From NCBI GenBank assembly GCA_030829955.1, contig JAURNY010000026.1:516-64515 (forward strand): a DNA stretch of 64,000 nt. Direction: 5' to 3'. Below, in pieces: positions 59,853-64,000 of this stretch. Position 1 is the first letter of the stretch, and each line of letters begins with the position of its first letter. The position numbers and the translations under genes are program-made. Source of the stretch: Gammaproteobacteria bacterium. Its GTDB lineage: Bacteria > Pseudomonadota > Gammaproteobacteria > Eutrophobiales > Eutrophobiaceae. Below the pieces are notes generated by a model. That model ran no database searches, had not been told where the DNA came from, and saw only the letters and a list, made by a program, of their open reading frames with translations.

Positions 59853-62484
59853 GACAATCATCACACCAACAAAACGATTGCGTCGTTATTTACAACTTGA
59901 ATATGCAAAAGAACAGATCGCGCAAGGAAATGTAGTCTGGCCAAGTCTGGACTGTTTGCCATGGAATGCATGGTGTCAGCGACTGTTTAGTGATATCTCG
60001 TTAAATATTGATGAACACTTTCAGTTATTAAGGCCACATCAGCAACGCTGGTTATGGCAGGACATTATCCAGCACTCGCGTTATCGAGAACAGCTATTGC
60101 AAGTGCAAGCAACTGCCAGGCATGTACAAGCTGCTTATGAACAATGCAGAGCATGGCAAATCCCGGTTTTTCCAGAAAACGTTTTTTTATCTGAAGATGC
60201 TCAGGCTTTCAAACATTGGTATCAAACATATGTGCAAAGAAAAAAAGAACATTGTTGGATTGATGATGCCGAGTTGCCTGACTTTATTGAAGAAAACATC
60301 CTTGTTAATACGATAACTAATACTTTGGTATTTCAAGGTTTCGATTATTTCACCACGCAACAGCAGCACTTAATTCAAACATTAAAAGATCATGGCGTCG
60401 ATGTTGATATCCAGATGTCTGAACAACGAAATAAGAGTGTTTCTGTTTTTGCTGCTAATGATAAGCAACAAGAAATTATCAACGCGACAAATTGGGCAAA
60501 ACAAAAAATAAAATCTGATCCCGATGCAACGATTGGTATCTTAACACCTCGTTTGGGTTTGCAGCGAAATGTGATTAATAGACTGATGGTGCAAACACTG
60601 GAGCCTGCCCAGTTAATTTACCCTCATGCAAAAACAGGCAATCTTTTTTCTATTTCTTTAGGCAAGCCATTATCAGATTATTCGATGATACAAATCGCAT
60701 TAGTGATACTCGATTTGGGGCATCGATCAATATCGATTCATGATTTAAGCCGCTTATTACATACACATTATATACAGGCTGTTGAAGATGAATTAGCCAA
60801 ACGGGCGCGTTTTGATTTGCTGTTGCGTAAAAAAGGATATGAGCGCATATCACTTAAATCCATCTATCGAATAGCCGAAAATGGTAAAGAACAAGGCACA
60901 TATTGTGAGCGTTTTATTCAGCAGTTAAAGGATTTTGAACTCCGCTTTTTGAGTTATGCAAAACAGGAAACTTACAGACAATGGGCTGAATATTTTTCTC
61001 AATTATTAAACTGTTTTACATGGCCAACCGAAAAGTCATTAAACAGTGATGAATATCAAACATTGAGTAAATGGCAGGATGTTCTCAAGGATTTAAGTAA
61101 TATTAGTTTGTCGGATAAAAAAGTATCTTACTTCACTGCGCTTTCTCAATTAAAGCATTTACTCAATGAGCAACGTTTCCAGCCGGAAACAGAGGAAACA
61201 CCCATACAGGTTAGTGAACTGGACGGTGTTGCAGCCATGCAATTTGATGCGCTTTGGATAATGGATATGCAGGATGATGTCTGGCCAGAAGCAAAAACAG
61301 CCAACCCCTTTATTCCAATAGTATGTCAACGTGAATACAACGTGCCTGAAGCTGATGCAAACAGTCGTTTGCAGATGGCAAAAGATATGACGATCAGGCT
61401 TTATCAATCAGCTAAAGATGTTGTGTTCAGTTATTCTCATTGGGAAGGTGATCGTGAGTGTCGCCCGACTGCACTCATTCAGACATTTATTGAACAGAAT
61501 AATATTCCAACGATAGAAGTAACGGACTCTGTTAAACAACAGATATTTTTATCTGCTAAACAAGAGTTGTTTTATGATTCGCCCCCAGAATTTAAAACAG
61601 ACAAGGAAAAAGCTGCTGGCGGTAGTGGTTTATTTCGTGATCAATCACTCTGTCCTTTCCGTGCTTTTGCCAGGCACAGGTTATTTGCTGAATCTCTGCC
61701 ACAGAGTGACATTGGTTTAAGTGCAAGTGAGCGAGGAAAACTTGTGCATAGAGTTATGCAGTATTTATGGCAAAGAATTGGAAAACAGAAAAAATTACTT
61801 TATTTATCATCAAATGAGATAGATAAACTGGTCCATTCAGTTGTTCTTGAATCAATAAAACAACATGCTGAGCATAATCCTGAATTATTTCCACAGCGTT
61901 TCAGCGAACTGGAACAAAAACGACTAGAAGGTCTGGTAAAGCAATGGCTGGAAATCGAAAAACAACGAGCGCCGTTTAACGTCATTAAAACCGAAGAATG
62001 GCAAACAATACATTTTGCCGGACTTGAATTAAATATTTGTATCGATCGTATCGATGAAATTGCAGAGGGGCAGTATGCGATCATTGATTACAAGACAGGA
62101 AAAGTAAGTAAAAGTGATTGGGAATCTGATAATCCCAATGAGCCACAATTACCTTTATATGCTGTAACGACAAATGAAGATGTCATCGCCGTTGCATTTG
62201 CCTCGTTAAAATCCGGTGAGCTTGGTTATAAAGGACAAGCAAATGCCGATGAATTATTTCCAAAAATTAAAGCGAACAAGGATTACTCATGGCAACAATG
62301 TCTTGAGGATTGGCAGACGGCTTTAAATCGATTGGCTGAAGACTTCAAGCGTGGCTATGCCGCAGTTGAACCGAAAGACAGAAGAGCCTGTGAATATTGT
62401 GATCTGCATGGTTTATGTCGTTTTTATGAAAGAGTTACTAATCATCTGGAAGATGATGAAGTAGATGTGATGAATGATGAGTAA
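59800..62484 (+). CDS. AddB-like DNA repair protein, C-terminal PD-(D/E)XK nuclease with 4Fe-4S staple (start uncertain)
   Basis: TPTKRL, CPFRAFA..RL, IDRID, IIDYKTG, QLPLY, CEYC....LCR. Confidence 0.88.
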   Translation: MVFALMQRAGLLVVEMNKTIITPTKRLRRYLQLEYAKEQIAQGNVVWPSLDCLPWNAWCQRLFSDISLNIDEHFQLLRPHQQRWLWQDIIQHSRYREQLLQVQATARHVQAAYEQCRAWQIPVFPENVFLSEDAQAFKHWYQTYVQRKKEHCWIDDAELPDFIEENILVNTITNTLVFQGFDYFTTQQQHLIQTLKDHGVDVDIQMSEQRNKSVSVFAANDKQQEIINATNWAKQKIKSDPDATIGILTPRLGLQRNVINRLMVQTLEPAQLIYPHAKTGNLFSISLGKPLSDYSMIQIALVILDLGHRSISIHDLSRLLHTHYIQAVEDELAKRARFDLLLRKKGYERISLKSIYRIAENGKEQGTYCERFIQQLKDFELRFLSYAKQETYRQWAEYFSQLLNCFTWPTEKSLNSDEYQTLSKWQDVLKDLSNISLSDKKVSYFTALSQLKHLLNEQRFQPETEETPIQVSELDGVAAMQFDALWIMDMQDDVWPEAKTANPFIPIVCQREYNVPEADANSRLQMAKDMTIRLYQSAKDVVFSYSHWEGDRECRPTALIQTFIEQNNIPTIEVTDSVKQQIFLSAKQELFYDSPPEFKTDKEKAAGGSGLFRDQSLCPFRAFARHRLFAESLPQSDIGLSASERGKLVHRVMQYLWQRIGKQKKLLYLSSNEIDKLVHSVVLESIKQHAEHNPELFPQRFSELEQKRLEGLVKQWLEIEKQRAPFNVIKTEEWQTIHFAGLELNICIDRIDEIAEGQYAIIDYKTGKVSKSDWESDNPNEPQLPLYAVTTNEDVIAVAFASLKSGELGYKGQANADELFPKIKANKDYSWQQCLEDWQTALNRLAEDFKRGYAAVEPKDRRACEYCDLHGLCRFYERVTNHLEDDEVDVMNDE

Positions 62485-64000
62485 ATTACCTCAGGATAAT
62501 GCGATTCGGCAACAGGCATTGGCCGTTGATCAGTCTTTTATTATTCAGGCGCCCGCCGGTTCCGGTAAAACCGCATTATTAATAAAACGTTTTCTGGTTT
62601 TGTTGTCAGTCGTGGATGAACCGGAGGAAATTATTGCGATTACGTTTACCCGTAAAGCTGCTGCAGAAATGCAAGGTCGTTTGCTAGCTGCTTTAAAGCA
62701 GGCAAATGGTGAACCTGATATTGATAATGAGCATAAAAAAGAATTATTTAATCTTGCAGCTGCTGCATTAAAGAAAGACCATGAAAGAGGCTGGCATTTA
62801 CTGGAAAACAGTAATCGTTTGCGTATACAAACCATTGATTCGCTCTCTGCAAGTTTAACCAAACAAATGCCCATATTGGCAGGGCTTGGTTCCCAGCCAG
62901 AGATAATTGAAAACGCACAACCATTTTATGAACTTGCTGCCAATCGAACACTTGCTGAACTGGAAAGCAAGGAGATCTGGTCAGATTCTATTGCTTTATT
63001 ACTATCGCATCTTGATAACGATGTGCCCAGAGTGAAACGACTCTTAATCAGTATGTTAATGAAACGTGATCAATGGTTAGGCTATGTTATGCAGGAACAT
63101 GATCGGCAAGACATGGAAACTGTTATTAGTCGTATAGTAGAAGATCAGTTAGCAACATTGCTTGAATTATTTCCGAATAAATATCAATCAGACCTGCTTG
63201 AACTGTTACGTTTTGCAGCGGCAAATTTAACAGATACAAATGCCGATCATTGTATTGCTGCATTTAAAGATATTACTGAATTCCCTGGTGCAGATACAGA
63301 TTCATTGGCTGCATGGTGTGCAATTCGCGAGTTATTACTAACATTAGAGGATAGTTGGCGTAAGCTTCCTAATGTAAAGATTGGTTTTCCATCTCAATCG
63401 ACGAAAAAATTGGATTTAGAACAAAAAGAATTAAGGCAAACAAATAAAGAAAAAATGCAGGCCTTGATAAGTAAACTACAGAAAGTCGATGGATTGAGTA
63501 ATGCCCTGGCATTGACCCGATCAATACCACAAGGGCGCTATAGTGAAACCGATTGGTTGATTGTCGAATCCTTGTGCCGTTTATTAAAACTTGCTGCTGC
63601 ACAGTTAGAGAATATTTTTGTCGAACGTCATCAAATGGATTTTATCGGCATGGCAAATAAAGCATTGTTTGCTTTGGGTACGGATGATGAGCCAACAGAT
63701 TTGGCACGACAAATGGATTATCAGTGTAAGCATATATTGATTGATGAGTTTCAGGACGTTTCGGTCAGTCAATCCAGACTAGTAAAAGCACTCACCAGGG
63801 AATGGTCACTGGATGATGGCAGGACATTGTTTCTGGTAGGTGATCCTATGCAATCGATCTATCGTTTCCGTGAAGCAGACGTATCAATATTTATCCGAAC
63901 CTTTCATGAAAAGTACATTGGTCATGTAGAACTTATACCGCTTAAACTAACAGTAAACTTCCGTTCTCAAAAATCACTAGTCACGTGGTTTAATGACAGT
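62477..64000 (+). CDS. AddA-like UvrD-family helicase/nuclease (partial, runs off window end)
   Basis: MSKLPQD...QAPAGSGKT, AITFTRKAAAEM, TIDS, ILIDEFQD, VGDPMQSIYRFR, NFRS. Confidence 0.9.
   Translation, partial: MSKLPQDNAIRQQALAVDQSFIIQAPAGSGKTALLIKRFLVLLSVVDEPEEIIAITFTRKAAAEMQGRLLAALKQANGEPDIDNEHKKELFNLAAAALKKDHERGWHLLENSNRLRIQTIDSLSASLTKQMPILAGLGSQPEIIENAQPFYELAANRTLAELESKEIWSDSIALLLSHLDNDVPRVKRLLISMLMKRDQWLGYVMQEHDRQDMETVISRIVEDQLATLLELFPNKYQSDLLELLRFAAANLTDTNADHCIAAFKDITEFPGADTDSLAAWCAIRELLLTLEDSWRKLPNVKIGFPSQSTKKLDLEQKELRQTNKEKMQALISKLQKVDGLSNALALTRSIPQGRYSETDWLIVESLCRLLKLAAAQLENIFVERHQMDFIGMANKALFALGTDDEPTDLARQMDYQCKHILIDEFQDVSVSQSRLVKALTREWSLDDGRTLFLVGDPMQSIYRFREADVSIFIRTFHEKYIGHVELIPLKLTVNFRSQKSLVTWFNDS

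Noticed and set aside
59800-64000. Nuclease-helicase pair as a novel defence system
   Set aside because: Motifs and gene order match AddAB-type recombinational repair

Overview
AT-rich chromosomal segment of a (probably marine, light-exposed, possibly methylotrophic) gammaproteobacterium. Much of it is conserved housekeeping: cysB/cysH/tauE, birA-coaX-tRNA-Thr, yicC-gmk-rpoZ-spoT-ridA-recG-ubiC-ubiA, rph-rdgB-[RND pump]-hemW, rnd, slyD, mscS, yajQ, apbE, srkA, mltF and an addB/addA-like pair. Accessory genes include an AOR-family aldehyde:ferredoxin oxidoreductase with MoaD, a Fae homologue, an Fe-S photolyase cluster and pdsO/pdsR/pdsS without their sortase. No CRISPR array, integrase, transposase or prophage was seen. 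Best leads: (1) a signal peptide-vWA-TM-FHA protein whose acidic tail carries tandemly amplified D/E-x-T-hydrophobic motifs, near a second FHA gene with a perfect CRP site; (2) a Fur-boxed secreted His/Cys-rich protein of unknown function; (3) a DARS-like three-DnaA-box element after hemW; (4) a perfect 11-bp tandem repeat as candidate PdsR operator; (5) at least six decayed genes hidden in 'intergenic' DNA, suggesting genome erosion. Family assignments come from motif recognition by eye; no searches were run.
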